Part shown: positions 1-10,616 of the stretch, in pieces | Numbering within the stretch: position 1 is the stretch's first letter | Layout: every line of letters starts with the position of its first letter | Origin: a virus | Lineage: Duplodnaviria; Heunggongvirae; Uroviricota; Caudoviricetes | DNA: 64,000 bases | Reading direction: 5' to 3' (one strand) | Virus record (IMG/VR): IMGVR_UViG_3300029288_000059 | Coordinates: 97,237 to 161,236 of that record | Translations under genes and position numbers: made by a program | The notes under the pieces: model-generated | Seen by the model: the letters and a program-made list of their open reading frames with translations, nothing else | Told to the model about the DNA's origin: nothing | Databases searched by the model: none

Positions 1-63
1 GCAAGTGATACAATACGTAACAATAATAGGAAGAAACGTCAATTACCAAAACAATTATATGAC

Positions 64-1173
64 TTGTTTAATGCCCGTTATACTAGAAACGTATCATTAA
101 ACAAAGCTATACAGTCAATGGATATAATATATGTCCATATTACTAGAGGGACATTATTAGAATTACGGGGTGAAATCGAAGCGGCATTAATAAGAGCTAC
201 CTCAAATGATTTTAATACATTCCTATTATTAAATAGTATTAGTAAATTGAATGATGATGGTTGGGACAATCCATATCATAATATAAATCATACCAAAACA
301 GTATTAACGAATTTATTACAAAAGACTAATGATTTAGAATTGGGTGTTGCTGCGATATTTCATGACTTTATGTATAGTCCAAAGAATGATAGTGATGATA
401 ATTTGGGGCGTGCTGAAATTGCATTTAATAACAATATATCTAAGTTATCATTAAATCATCTTATAACCGCTGAATCATATAAAAAGATTAATAATTTAAT
501 AGCTACATCTGATTACAATAGTAAAAAAGATGAGTACAGTAATATACTATTCGAATCGGATATATCACATTTTACGCGTACTAAGGAAGAAATTATTGAA
601 ACAGAGATGTTATTATTTAAAGAATATCAACAGTATGATTTTATGATGTATAGAAAAGAACATACAAAAATATTACGGACTATTTATGAGATTACTAATA
701 ACTCACAAGTTAAGATGGGTATTGAGGTAGCGATATCTTGGCTATCTACCTTTACTCCCAAGATTGGTTGGTTCTGTGGCTCATTTAACCCATTCACAAT
801 AGGTCACTTGGATATATTACAAAAGGCAGAGTTACAGTTTGATAAGGTTGTAATTGTGCAAGCACAAAATCCTACTAAAACCCAAATTAATAAGATACAG
901 TGTGAATCATTAAACAACGAATGTATTATTGTTGAAAATATGCCTAATGCAATTAATCAATGTTATTATACTCCAACATTAATTAGAGGGGTTCGAAACC
1001 AACGTGATGTTGAGGATTCACAGTTATGGTTATCCCAAATTAATGAATTGGTTAATGAGCCAGTCCAATGTACGGTTATCATTGGAGACCAACGTTTAAC
1101 GCATATTAGTTCTACCTTTGTAAGACAAGTTAAAGATATGGGTAATGATATAACTCCTTGGTTGGTCTCATAA
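64..1173 (+). CDS. HD-domain protein fused to a C-terminal CoaD/PPAT-like nucleotidyltransferase
   Basis: YHNINH...AIFHD...D HD signature; C-terminal GSFNPFTIGH, LIRGVRN and ISSTFVR motifs of the HIGH/TxGH family. True start may be a downstream ATG. Confidence 0.75.
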   Translation: MFNARYTRNVSLNKAIQSMDIIYVHITRGTLLELRGEIEAALIRATSNDFNTFLLLNSISKLNDDGWDNPYHNINHTKTVLTNLLQKTNDLELGVAAIFHDFMYSPKNDSDDNLGRAEIAFNNNISKLSLNHLITAESYKKINNLIATSDYNSKKDEYSNILFESDISHFTRTKEEIIETEMLLFKEYQQYDFMMYRKEHTKILRTIYEITNNSQVKMGIEVAISWLSTFTPKIGWFCGSFNPFTIGHLDILQKAELQFDKVVIVQAQNPTKTQINKIQCESLNNECIIVENMPNAINQCYYTPTLIRGVRNQRDVEDSQLWLSQINELVNEPVQCTVIIGDQRLTHISSTFVRQVKDMGNDITPWLVS

Positions 1174-1194
1174 CATAGTAGACTAGAAGGAATA

Positions 1195-1650
1195 ATGATT
1201 ATGGATATAGGAAGTGGTAAGGGTTATCCTGAAAGTGCATTATCAAATTTTGCAGGACATAGATTTACGATTGATGAAATCGTATGTAATTCGATGGAAG
1301 GATTTTTACAATCATTAAAATTCTCAAATGTAGATATGCAAGTTCATATATGTTCATTGGTTGGACGTGCAGCTAAATTTGCCGGAGCTAAAAAGAATTG
1401 GAAAACAAAAGGAATACTATATTGGAGAGGTAATAATATTGACCGTTTTAGTAATGAATATCAGACGTTACTAGATAGGGCATTTACGGAGATGTTTAAA
1501 CAATCCGAAGGATTTAGAAACGCATTATTGGCATCTAATAACGCTACATTAACTCATTCTATTGGTAAAAGTGATGCTAAGGATACCGTATTAACGAGGG
1601 CGGAGTTTTGCTCCCGTTTAACAAAACTCCGCCAATATGGTAATATCTAA
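1195..1650 (+). CDS. NADAR-family protein (T4 gp30.3-like)
   Basis: LSNF...SMEGFLQSLKF, LYWRG, FRNALLAS...LTHSIGK pattern. Confidence 0.75.
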   Translation: MIMDIGSGKGYPESALSNFAGHRFTIDEIVCNSMEGFLQSLKFSNVDMQVHICSLVGRAAKFAGAKKNWKTKGILYWRGNNIDRFSNEYQTLLDRAFTEMFKQSEGFRNALLASNNATLTHSIGKSDAKDTVLTRAEFCSRLTKLRQYGNI

Positions 1651-2303
1651 TCAATCTTACAGTTATATTCCCGTTGCCATACATCATCCGCTAACCGAGA
1701 CTTTTGTTCTAATGATTGGTTAATGATAGATGTTTCACATTCTGTATATGGAATTTCTAACTTACTAACTCGTACATCACCCCATAGTCTTTTATATAAT
1801 AATCCATATTGTGATGGAGTAAATGATATAATGACTTTCTTAAACGACATTATACGTGGTTCTATTTGTTCTTCCCATATATTACAGATTGTCTCTTCCC
1901 TATGATATGCTAGTTCGTCAATGATAACGATATCCGCATTGATATACATATTAGTAGTAATTTTACTACCATTTGAAAATTCAATTGTTGTATTAGTAGA
2001 AACATTAAACTTCAACGATGGAAATCCAACAATTAACTGTTTCATGCGTTGAATTATAAACGAGCTTTGTGCTTGTTTAGTAGATAGAAAAGAAATAGTA
2101 ATATTGGGATTATCAGATACATACTTTAATGCATATAGTATCAATAATGTTGTCATACCACATTGACGACATTTATTAATCATAACAAACTCATTATCAT
2201 CAATAAAATTAGATATTTTTGTCTGTTGTCTAAACGGTTTGAAATATACTGGGATTTGTATGTTACCTAATAATACGGACGGCATTTGTTCAATTGTATT
2301 CAT
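1647..2303 (-). CDS. Short terminase-large-subunit-like ATPase domain, degenerate
   Basis: KCRQCGMTT (RQxGKT-like), IEFSNGSKI, IIIDE Walker B, SFTP, WQREYNC. Confidence 0.6.
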   Translation of the reverse strand: MNTIEQMPSVLLGNIQIPVYFKPFRQQTKISNFIDDNEFVMINKCRQCGMTTLLILYALKYVSDNPNITISFLSTKQAQSSFIIQRMKQLIVGFPSLKFNVSTNTTIEFSNGSKITTNMYINADIVIIDELAYHREETICNIWEEQIEPRIMSFKKVIISFTPSQYGLLYKRLWGDVRVSKLEIPYTECETSIINQSLEQKSRLADDVWQREYNCKID

Positions 2304-2413
2304 TTTAGAACCTCACATTAAGGATACTATGGCTACCAATTAACCATTCAATCCTATTTGTATTTATTAACATGGAAAGTTATAAATATAACAAATAATA
2401 AGGAGTTATAGTT

Positions 2414-3001
2414 ATGGCATTAATCGGACAGTATGATAATTCAAATAGATTTGCATTAGCGGATGGTTCTAATTTAACCCCTGCTAATGGTTGGTCCACA
2501 ATTTATATTCCATCTTCAGCATTTACAAAACCGTTAAACACTACTACATATCCTGCGTATAGTACCTTAACTGATAATGATATAACACAATACGCCGTTT
2601 TCTTACCAAGTGTAGATACTTACGCTCAAACTAATTTCTTAATTCCTGCAAAGATGATAGCATCACATGGATTACAAATAAAATTCCATACATACGGTAT
2701 TCATACCAGTTCTAGTGATGATAATAATATTGTGTTGGGTGTTATGGGTAAAACATTTAATCCAAATACGACTATTGCAACCACATATAGTAATATAGTT
2801 ACAACGACTGCAACTATTAATGCTTCTAAAATGCGTGAATCAACAGTTACGATTACCCCACAAGATTTTGCAGCCGATTGCCCTGTAAGTTTAATATTTG
2901 GACGTATTGGTACGAATAGTTCTGATTTATTAACTACCCAGAATATTGGAATAATGGGAATTACAGTATATTATTATACTATCTTTACAAGTGATATCTA
3001 A
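2414..3001 (+). CDS. Hypothetical, probably virion structural protein
   Basis: Thr/Ser-rich beta-type composition, AGGAG RBS, TATAAATA at 2381. Confidence 0.5.
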   Translation: MALIGQYDNSNRFALADGSNLTPANGWSTIYIPSSAFTKPLNTTTYPAYSTLTDNDITQYAVFLPSVDTYAQTNFLIPAKMIASHGLQIKFHTYGIHTSSSDDNNIVLGVMGKTFNPNTTIATTYSNIVTTTATINASKMRESTVTITPQDFAADCPVSLIFGRIGTNSSDLLTTQNIGIMGITVYYYTIFTSDI

Positions 3002-3107
3002 CCTGTTAGATTAATTCAATGTTCATTTACCATTGGGTAGATGTAATTGCCAAACAGTTAAGGTGAAAAAGTCCTTAACTGTTTTGGTTTATAAGGAGTT
3101 ATATATA

Positions 3108-3335
3108 ATGGAAATATTATATGATAAGAATGGTACAGTATTAAAAGTTGGTGATTTAGTTGGAGAACCATACGATTACGGCTGCTTCGGAAAAGGATAT
3201 CGTCGATTTACGATAGTGATTCATGAAGGTGAATATAAATTCTGTGACGTTGAAACCCATTCATGCAAAAGTAAATACGATTCTGATATCTGTTATAATG
3301 AAATATTACTATTGACGGATGGAGTTAAAGTTTAG
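3108..3335 (+). CDS. Hypothetical protein (start at MEILYDKNG)
   Basis: AAGGAG RBS precedes the internal ATG of track ORF 3033..3335. Confidence 0.5.
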   Translation: MEILYDKNGTVLKVGDLVGEPYDYGCFGKGYRRFTIVIHEGEYKFCDVETHSCKSKYDSDICYNEILLLTDGVKV

Positions 3336-3536
3336 ATTTAGGATTCATTAATTAATTTAATCTTATCGTTGATTTCTCGTATATTGTTATACCAATAATT
3401 AATTTCACGATTCATTTCTGTTGTAAAACCATCAGCATTTTCTGCCATAGTTAATTGACGTTGTGCATATTCTAAATCTTGAGTTAGTAAGAATACTTCT
3501 AAGTCATATTGGTTTGACATATTTTTAATCCTATAT

Positions 3537-3842
3537 TTAATTGTAAAATTGCCATTCACCTTGTTCGTTTGCTTCAATAAGATGTTCTATTTTGCCATCT
3601 TCTTTAAGTAAATCAACATCAATATATGTTCCGAAGTCTGTTGAGAAAAAAACTATTATGTTTTTTCCCATGAATTTACATAAAATCTCTTCTATATATT
3701 CTCCGTTATGAGTTGATTTTTTAATATCTAAAATTTCTAACTGTGGAACCAACTTTAATTTGTCAACGGTATTTATATTTGATAAAGAAAAAACACTAAG
3801 AAGTTTATGTTTAAATTCTTGGTCGATTGGTTGCTCATCCAT
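3537..3842 (-). CDS. Hypothetical early protein
   Basis: AAGGA RBS; early promoter at 3861-3902. Confidence 0.55.
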   Translation of the reverse strand: MDEQPIDQEFKHKLLSVFSLSNINTVDKLKLVPQLEILDIKKSTHNGEYIEEILCKFMGKNIIVFFSTDFGTYIDVDLLKEDGKIEHLIEANEQGEWQFYN

Positions 3843-3860
3843 CTTTTTAATTCCTTATAT

Positions 3861-3902
3861 TAGTTTATAATTTAAGTATAACACATCACATCGTAATGTC
3901 AA
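3861..3902 (-). promoter_or_regulatory. Phage early promoter motif TTGAC-N-TGTTATACTTAAATTATAAAC
   Basis: -35 TTGACA, TGn extended -10 TATACT and conserved downstream AAATTATAA; recurs many times in the window. Confidence 0.7.
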
Positions 3903-3942
3903 TTGTTATTTTAATAAATATAACAAACATGGGGAGATTGAT

Positions 3943-4665
3943 ATGTTAACAGTGAATAATTTGATTGGGTTTAATGGTAGTGGTATAAAAGAATACACTA
4001 TTACGATTGCTACTAATACAACCACGTTTGATTTAAATACTCAATTAACATTATTGGGTGCTGATATAACGGATTCACTTACTGTTAATATAATCATTAA
4101 TAATGGAATCATACTTGGTTCCACATCTAGTTCTATACCTGCATTAACTGTCAACTTAACTAATTCAATTGTTAATCTTATTAATAATGGATACCTTGTT
4201 GGAAAAGGTGGTAATGGTTCGGAAGTAGATAACACTGATGGTGATAACGGTGGTGATGCATTAGTCGTACATAGTCCTGTTAATTTAACTAATAATGGAA
4301 CTATTGGTGGTGGTGGGGGTGGTGGGGGAAAAGGGGCTCATACTGTACGAGATAATGGTTCCCGTGGTGGTGGTGGTGCTGGATGGAATGTAGGTGAAGG
4401 TGGACAAGGTGTACCATTAAGTAATATTGATGGTTGTTATGGTGGGGAAGATGGAACATTATTAACGGGTGGACTAGGTGGACATGGTGGGGCATGGAAT
4501 GATGGTCCTTATGGTGGTGACGGTGGTAATGGTGGTGATTTGGGACAAGATGGATATAATGGTGCGGACACTTGGGGTGGTCGTGCTGGTTATGCCATCG
4601 TAGGATTTAATAGAGTTAATGTTATTAATATAGGCACTACCGCTGGTTATCTCATAGCAAATTAA
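3943..4665 (+). CDS. Glycine-rich tail-fibre tip/adhesin (T2 gp38-like C-terminus)
   Basis: NNGYLVGKGGNG, NNGTIGGGGGGGG, GGGGAG, GGRAGYAI glycine-rich motifs. Confidence 0.7.
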   Translation: MLTVNNLIGFNGSGIKEYTITIATNTTTFDLNTQLTLLGADITDSLTVNIIINNGIILGSTSSSIPALTVNLTNSIVNLINNGYLVGKGGNGSEVDNTDGDNGGDALVVHSPVNLTNNGTIGGGGGGGGKGAHTVRDNGSRGGGGAGWNVGEGGQGVPLSNIDGCYGGEDGTLLTGGLGGHGGAWNDGPYGGDGGNGGDLGQDGYNGADTWGGRAGYAIVGFNRVNVINIGTTAGYLIAN

Positions 4666-4921
4666 AATAACTTGACATATCATTATATCATAATTATATT
4701 CTTAATAGAGGAGATATAATTATGATTATTAGTGATGACGATAAAAAGAAAATAGAGGAAGTTATTAGTCGTTCTGTGAAAGAAATACTTAAAACTAATA
4801 TAACGGTTAGTTTGGGTGATTTACATTATACAGGTGATAAAATAAAAACGTTGGTAACTATGGAAACCCATAATGACCAACGTTTATCTAATACAATGTT
4901 AGCTAACTTTTTAAGAACTCG

Positions 4922-5272
4922 TTAAACTCTTTCTACTACACTTGCAGTAACTTCAATATCACCACTCATTGGTGTACGAACTCTTAACATTTCTAATGTT
5001 TCCAATGTGATTTGTTTATCCCAACTAAGTGTCGTTCCCGCCGGAATTGTAATTTGGAATCCAAGATAAACGGATGTTGTACCGTCAAAACGTGTAACAT
5101 CCACTTTAATATCATTAATGCCATCAACATTAGAAATGAATAATGAATGAATAATGGCAGTACTATTAGCTGAACGAGTTTTACCCATTCCAATACTACC
5201 TGCGGCAGGTACAACAATCGTATCTGTCGCACCAATAATAGCTCCCGCGTAACTTCTAAATGTTTCTGACAT
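4922..5272 (-). CDS. Probable structural protein
   Basis: IHSLFISNV...IPAGTTL...LETLEML small beta-sandwich pattern; GGAG RBS. Confidence 0.45.
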   Translation of the reverse strand: MSETFRSYAGAIIGATDTIVVPAAGSIGMGKTRSANSTAIIHSLFISNVDGINDIKVDVTRFDGTTSVYLGFQITIPAGTTLSWDKQITLETLEMLRVRTPMSGDIEVTASVVERV

Positions 5273-5290
5273 AACTAGTAACTCCTATAT

Positions 5291-5746
5291 TTAGACAACT
5301 GGTACAACTGTACAATCAGTTAATTGTAATTTTAGACTTTCATATGATTCCAACAAACTGATTACTTCATCATGGAACGGAATAACAGCCGAATTAAAAG
5401 CAGTATTGATATCGGTATTATTAAGGATGCCAATAATTGAAGCCATTAAATTATATGTCTCTTGATGTAGTCTTAATTCTTTGTATGGTATACTACAATA
5501 ACTCAACCCTTCTGTAATTGAATTGAATATAAGACAGTTTGAAAGATAATCACCATATAATGGATAATCAATAACTAATTGAGAGTCAGATGGTTCATCA
5601 TCGTATAGTATAGAATATGTGTCTGTATTTTCATACAAATCATCAACGAGTGTTTTTGTTGCTATTATTGTATATTTAGCATCTAATAAAATACCACATA
5701 CACCTAAATCATTAGTTGTATTCGAAAACGTCACTAACCACTTCAT
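5291..5746 (-). CDS. Hypothetical protein (likely start MKWLVTF)
   Basis: Open frame with GGGGA RBS before the internal ATG. Confidence 0.5.
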   Translation of the reverse strand: MKWLVTFSNTTNDLGVCGILLDAKYTIIATKTLVDDLYENTDTYSILYDDEPSDSQLVIDYPLYGDYLSNCLIFNSITEGLSYCSIPYKELRLHQETYNLMASIIGILNNTDINTAFNSAVIPFHDEVISLLESYESLKLQLTDCTVVPVV

Positions 5747-5780
5747 ACTTTTATCCCCCAAATGTTTAATACTATTATAT

Positions 5781-6242
5781 TTATTGATTAAACGAGATAT
5801 TCTCGATACCTGCACAACTTAGTTTAGTAATATGACTAATCATGAAATTTTTAGTATCAAACCCTTTCATGATAGATAAGAATTTATTTCTAACTCGTGC
5901 TATATCATTAATAATGATTGCTAAATTCATAACATCATCTTCACCCTCAATATACTTCTCAACGTCACGTGAGGATAATGCTTTATTATAAGTTTCTGAT
6001 AACTTTTTAAATTTATCCGATTTAACTTTATTATATTGTATATTAAGATATTCTAATACTGCTTCAATATCTTGTAATTGTGAATATCGGGTCTCAACAT
6101 AACTAGCTAATGTTAAAGCCGAATCAATCAACTTACCATTAGTAGTTATTTCCTTCTTAGCTAACTCATATTCATTAAGATAATAAGCAACACAATTATC
6201 TAACTCACGGATATCATTCTTAACAGTAATGTACCAATCCAT
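5781..6242 (-). CDS. uvsY: UvsY-like recombination mediator
   Basis: YNKALSSRDVEKYIEGE...RNKFLSIMKGFDTKNFMI...AGIE, typical of T4-like UvsY. Confidence 0.75.
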   Translation of the reverse strand: MDWYITVKNDIRELDNCVAYYLNEYELAKKEITTNGKLIDSALTLASYVETRYSQLQDIEAVLEYLNIQYNKVKSDKFKKLSETYNKALSSRDVEKYIEGEDDVMNLAIIINDIARVRNKFLSIMKGFDTKNFMISHITKLSCAGIENISFNQ

Positions 6243-6305
6243 ATTAATACTCCTTATTATGGTAAGATTATTATAGTTAATCTTACCACTAAGTCAATGA
6301 ATTGT

Positions 6306-6932
6306 TTAGTCTAAATGGTTTTCGTAATATGTATGCTGTCCGTCCCATTTACGGGCATGGGCAACGCTATTAATCTTAATACTATTACCATTAATGACTC
6401 GATACTTAGTAATTTCATTACTTGTAAAATCATCTCTTTTAGGTTTTACTTGACCCGACCAATCATCCCATTCGACGTATTCTTTGCCGATTGGTTTAAC
6501 TCCAACGGAATTATCACCGATTAACTGTACGACTTGAAAGCAATCTACAATCGTCATATCGTAGCCCCAACTAGCTACTAGTATATCACCAACTAATAAT
6601 TCACGTACCTTACTAGCACGTTCTAGTTTACGGTCAGCCATAGTCTTTTCTCTTAGACGTACTGTATTAAAGAATACATCGATTGCATTATTCATACGTT
6701 CTAATGTTGAATATCTATTATAGAAATCTGCTTTATCACGTTTGCCTTGATATCCTTTAATGATAAATGACTTAGTGGATGGGTCTTCATCTTGTACATA
6801 TACAACGGCACTCGACTTATCATCTTTAATTTCACGACCTCTTGTATCTCTAACTAACCAAGGACTCTTTGGACCTTCGTTTAATTTATCAAGTTCACGA
6901 ATTAATTTTGACATTTCATCCATAATAAACAC
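6306..6932 (-). CDS. Hypothetical protein
   Basis: VGDILVASWGYDMT conserved phage motif; TATAAATA on minus strand at 6964-6971. Confidence 0.6.
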   Translation of the reverse strand: MFIMDEMSKLIRELDKLNEGPKSPWLVRDTRGREIKDDKSSAVVYVQDEDPSTKSFIIKGYQGKRDKADFYNRYSTLERMNNAIDVFFNTVRLREKTMADRKLERASKVRELLVGDILVASWGYDMTIVDCFQVVQLIGDNSVGVKPIGKEYVEWDDWSGQVKPKRDDFTSNEITKYRVINGNSIKINSVAHARKWDGQHTYYENHLD

Positions 6933-6956
6933 TCCTAATGGAAATTATAAATAACA

Positions 6957-7346
6957 TTGTATTTATTTATAAAATTAATCGGGGTAATAGTGGTTAAATT
7001 CATTGGTTATACAACAGAGGGTACTGCAAGAATACTGTATGATATTAATACATCAATACAAGGAGTACTTAATTGGTTCAATACACCGTATGGGAGTTTA
7101 GATTGGAATCCTACATACGGTAGTATCGTTCAAAACTTATTATTTGAAACCAAAAATGTAACCACTGAGAATTTATTAAAAGCCGATGTTCAGAAAGGCT
7201 TCGCTACTGACCCAAGATTAAAATTAACTAATTTAACGATGTATCAATTAACAAATGGCTATACAGTTAATTGTGAAGTATCATATTTAGGTGGTAATCC
7301 AGTAACGTTAAGTTTACAGTTTGATGGTAAGGATTTAACTCAATGA
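6957..7346 (+). CDS. Baseplate wedge protein gp25-like
   Basis: FNTPYGS...NPTYGS..LLFE...DPRL; directly precedes the large baseplate gene. Confidence 0.75.
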   Translation: MYLFIKLIGVIVVKFIGYTTEGTARILYDINTSIQGVLNWFNTPYGSLDWNPTYGSIVQNLLFETKNVTTENLLKADVQKGFATDPRLKLTNLTMYQLTNGYTVNCEVSYLGGNPVTLSLQFDGKDLTQ

Positions 7347-10300
7347 GTTCATATAGACAAAATAATCTATTACGTGCAGAAGATTGGAAAAAGATATATC
7401 AAGCTGCTACTAATGTTAATTTTCAAACCACTGATTTTGCTTCATATAGAACAGCATTAGTTGATTACCTACGCACAACTTATCCAGAGGATTTTCAAGA
7501 TTGGATTAATAACTCGGAAATGGTTATGTTATTAGACATGACTGCCTATGTAGCATTCAATCTTGCGTTTAAAATGGATTTAAATTCACATAATAACGTA
7601 ATCGAATTAGCCGAAGATGAAACAATGGTATTGAATCTAGCCAATACTGTTGGTTACTATCCATCCCGAAATTTACCAGCCCGTTCACTAGCAAAGATTG
7701 TGTCAATATCTACAACTGAAGATGTTAAGGATATAGATGGTAGTTCATTAAAGAATGTATTAATTAACTGGAATGATTCAACCAATACAAGCTGGTTCGA
7801 CCAATTTATTAAAGTTTTGAATTCAACATTTATATTGACTAATCCATTCGGTAGTCCTGTTAAAAAAGGTACGGTGGGTGATGTTAATACATATTCATAT
7901 CAAATAGATTCAGAATTATATTCTAATATTGTTTATCCATTTACTGCAACCATCAATAATACATCTTCAAACTTTGAAGTTGTAAATCCTGATTTCAATG
8001 ATGCATTTTTCGAACGGGCTCCTTCCCCCGAGAATGCATTTAATTTAATATATAGAAATGATGGTACGGGTAATAGTTCAAATGATACTGGGTTCTTTGT
8101 ATATTTCAAACAAGGTACATTAGGATATAATGATTATAATTTCAGTTCGTTAATATCTAATAGGACTGTTGACATCTCCGTTGATAATATTAATGATTTA
8201 GATGTATGGGTACATGAAATTAATAGTACGACTGGGAAGTCAAAAGTTAAATGGACTAAAGTTGATAGTGCTGATAATGTATATTTTAATGATATAGGTA
8301 AAGTCACTAGAACAATTTATGAAGTTAAAACTAAACAAAATGACAATGTACAAATTAAGTTCGCGGATGGTATATACGGTGATATCCCTATTGGTACGTT
8401 TAGAGTATGGTACCGTACGTCATTGGGTGCATCATATACAATTACTACTAATGATATAGATAACGTCACAGTATCTGTCCCATACGTTAAAAACGATACG
8501 ACATATCTATTAAAATTAACATTTTCATTAATGGAATCTGTTACTAATTCTGCCACTAGAGAGACGATTGAACAAATTAAACAACGTGCCCCACAAGTTT
8601 CATCAGCCCAAAAAAGAATGGTTACTGGAGATGACTATAATGTTTATCCATTAAAGTATGGTAGTTCTATTAAGAAATTAAAAGCAATCAATAGAACCTT
8701 TGCAGGACATTCACGTTATATTGATTTGAATGACCCAACAGGAACATATCAAAATACTAATATCTTTAGTGAAGATGGATTGATATATAAGGAAGATTCA
8801 TCTATATCAAAATCTGAACCATTACCAACTACAAAGACGGTTAGTGAGTTAGTTGTAGATTATATTAATCCATTGTTATCTGAACCAAACCTAGTTAATT
8901 TTTACTATAACTATTTTCCAAATTATACATGGATTTATAATAGTACAAAGGTTGCTTGGAAGAGTACGACGGTTGGTTCTTCGACCTCAACTGGTAATTT
9001 TGTCGATTCGACTAATAGTAATGCAATATTAGCTTATAGTTTATCTAATATTAAGGAAGAAACATTAGTACGATTGGTTAATGGTGCAACAATTACAACG
9101 ACCGATTCAAATTACAAGGAAGTTTGGGTTAAGGTTGTAACTATTAATACAGATGGTACTATTATTATAAATGAGCCGTTAGATTCAAGTATAACATGGT
9201 ATGTCGACATATATTATCCAACGTTGAGACATAGTTTCAATGATGAAGAAGTTGTTGAGATAGAATCTCAATTATCACTCAATAATTCATTTGGGATAAG
9301 ATATGACCAAATTAATAGTAAATGGATTATTGTTACTGATGATAATTTAGATACAACGAGTAATTTCTCCTTATCATTAGCGGGGGATAATACTTTATCT
9401 AATAAGGATAGTAGTTGGTTAATATTAGTTAGTTATAGTTCTACGGGTTGGACTTTTAAATTGCGTACATTGATGTATGTATTTGAAAGTTTAAACGATG
9501 TAAGATTCTTCTATGATAATTCTATAAAAGTTGTAGATATTAATACATCAACGGCATTAAACGACTATATCAAGATTTTACGGATTAATTCGAAAGCTAG
9601 TAATCATGATAGTAGTTTAGGTAGTGATTATACGTTCACACTGGTTGATTCAATAACATATAATGATGGTTACATTGAACCTCGTAGAATACAAATTACA
9701 TTAAATGATTCTGATAATGATGGTACTGTTGATAATCCATTACAGTTTGTTGAAGTGGTAGAACCCGTTACAACTCAAACAGTGGAGGATAATAGATTTC
9801 TATTTTGGACTAAAACATTATCAACAGATGGGTATTATTACTATATTCCTACTACTGATATAACCATCGTACAAACAACGGTTAGTGGTGCTAGTGGAAC
9901 ATATTTTATTATAGATACTTTATCATTTGTTGAATGGGATGGGACAACAAGTACAACGCCTTCTACTGACCAATACTATTATAGAATAGGTAGACAAGGT
10001 GTTATATTCCAATGGAAGCATTATGCCAATTTAACACATCGTATTGACCCATCTCCTACTAATATAATTGATTTGTTTGTATTAACTAATGAATATTACG
10101 ACGAAGTGCAAACATGGATGAATACTACAAATAGAGGTGATTTACCAACTCCGCCAGATAGTTCGGATTTGATGTTGCAGTTTTCAGATTTGAATTTAGC
10201 TAAGACTACTAGTGATGAAATAGTATGGCATCCAGTTACGTTCAAATTGTTATTTGGAAGTGAAGCTAGTTCAACATTACAAGCCAACTTTAAAATTGTT

Positions 10301-10615
10301 AAAACGGATTCAACACAACTAACCGATAATGGTATAAAGACAAGTGTTATATCTTATATTAATAAATTCTTTGATGTTGATAATTGGTCTTTTAGTGAAA
10401 CATTTTCATTTACTGAATTATCAACTTATATTCATCAAAATATGTTAGGTGATATATCACAGATTGTTATCGTCCCTTCAACTGAAACATTGAAGTTTGG
10501 TAATCTATTTCAAATCCGTTCAGAATCAAATGAGTTATTTTTATCAACAGCAACAGTAAATAATGTACAGATTGTATCAAACTTAAACGATGTTAATATG
10601 AGAATAGGTAATTAG
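7343..10615 (+). CDS. Baseplate wedge protein (gp6-like)
   Basis: DFASYR...LLDMTAY, IKFADGIYGDIP, ETIEQIKQRAP...RMVTGDDY. Confidence 0.85.
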   Translation: MSSYRQNNLLRAEDWKKIYQAATNVNFQTTDFASYRTALVDYLRTTYPEDFQDWINNSEMVMLLDMTAYVAFNLAFKMDLNSHNNVIELAEDETMVLNLANTVGYYPSRNLPARSLAKIVSISTTEDVKDIDGSSLKNVLINWNDSTNTSWFDQFIKVLNSTFILTNPFGSPVKKGTVGDVNTYSYQIDSELYSNIVYPFTATINNTSSNFEVVNPDFNDAFFERAPSPENAFNLIYRNDGTGNSSNDTGFFVYFKQGTLGYNDYNFSSLISNRTVDISVDNINDLDVWVHEINSTTGKSKVKWTKVDSADNVYFNDIGKVTRTIYEVKTKQNDNVQIKFADGIYGDIPIGTFRVWYRTSLGASYTITTNDIDNVTVSVPYVKNDTTYLLKLTFSLMESVTNSATRETIEQIKQRAPQVSSAQKRMVTGDDYNVYPLKYGSSIKKLKAINRTFAGHSRYIDLNDPTGTYQNTNIFSEDGLIYKEDSSISKSEPLPTTKTVSELVVDYINPLLSEPNLVNFYYNYFPNYTWIYNSTKVAWKSTTVGSSTSTGNFVDSTNSNAILAYSLSNIKEETLVRLVNGATITTTDSNYKEVWVKVVTINTDGTIIINEPLDSSITWYVDIYYPTLRHSFNDEEVVEIESQLSLNNSFGIRYDQINSKWIIVTDDNLDTTSNFSLSLAGDNTLSNKDSSWLILVSYSSTGWTFKLRTLMYVFESLNDVRFFYDNSIKVVDINTSTALNDYIKILRINSKASNHDSSLGSDYTFTLVDSITYNDGYIEPRRIQITLNDSDNDGTVDNPLQFVEVVEPVTTQTVEDNRFLFWTKTLSTDGYYYYIPTTDITIVQTTVSGASGTYFIIDTLSFVEWDGTTSTTPSTDQYYYRIGRQGVIFQWKHYANLTHRIDPSPTNIIDLFVLTNEYYDEVQTWMNTTNRGDLPTPPDSSDLMLQFSDLNLAKTTSDEIVWHPVTFKLLFGSEASSTLQANFKIVKTDSTQLTDNGIKTSVISYINKFFDVDNWSFSETFSFTELSTYIHQNMLGDISQIVIVPSTETLKFGNLFQIRSESNELFLSTATVNNVQIVSNLNDVNMRIGN

Positions 10616-10616
10616 T

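Noticed and set aside
4301-4495. His/Pro-rich ORF on the minus strand
   Set aside because: Antisense shadow of GGT glycine codons in the adhesin gene
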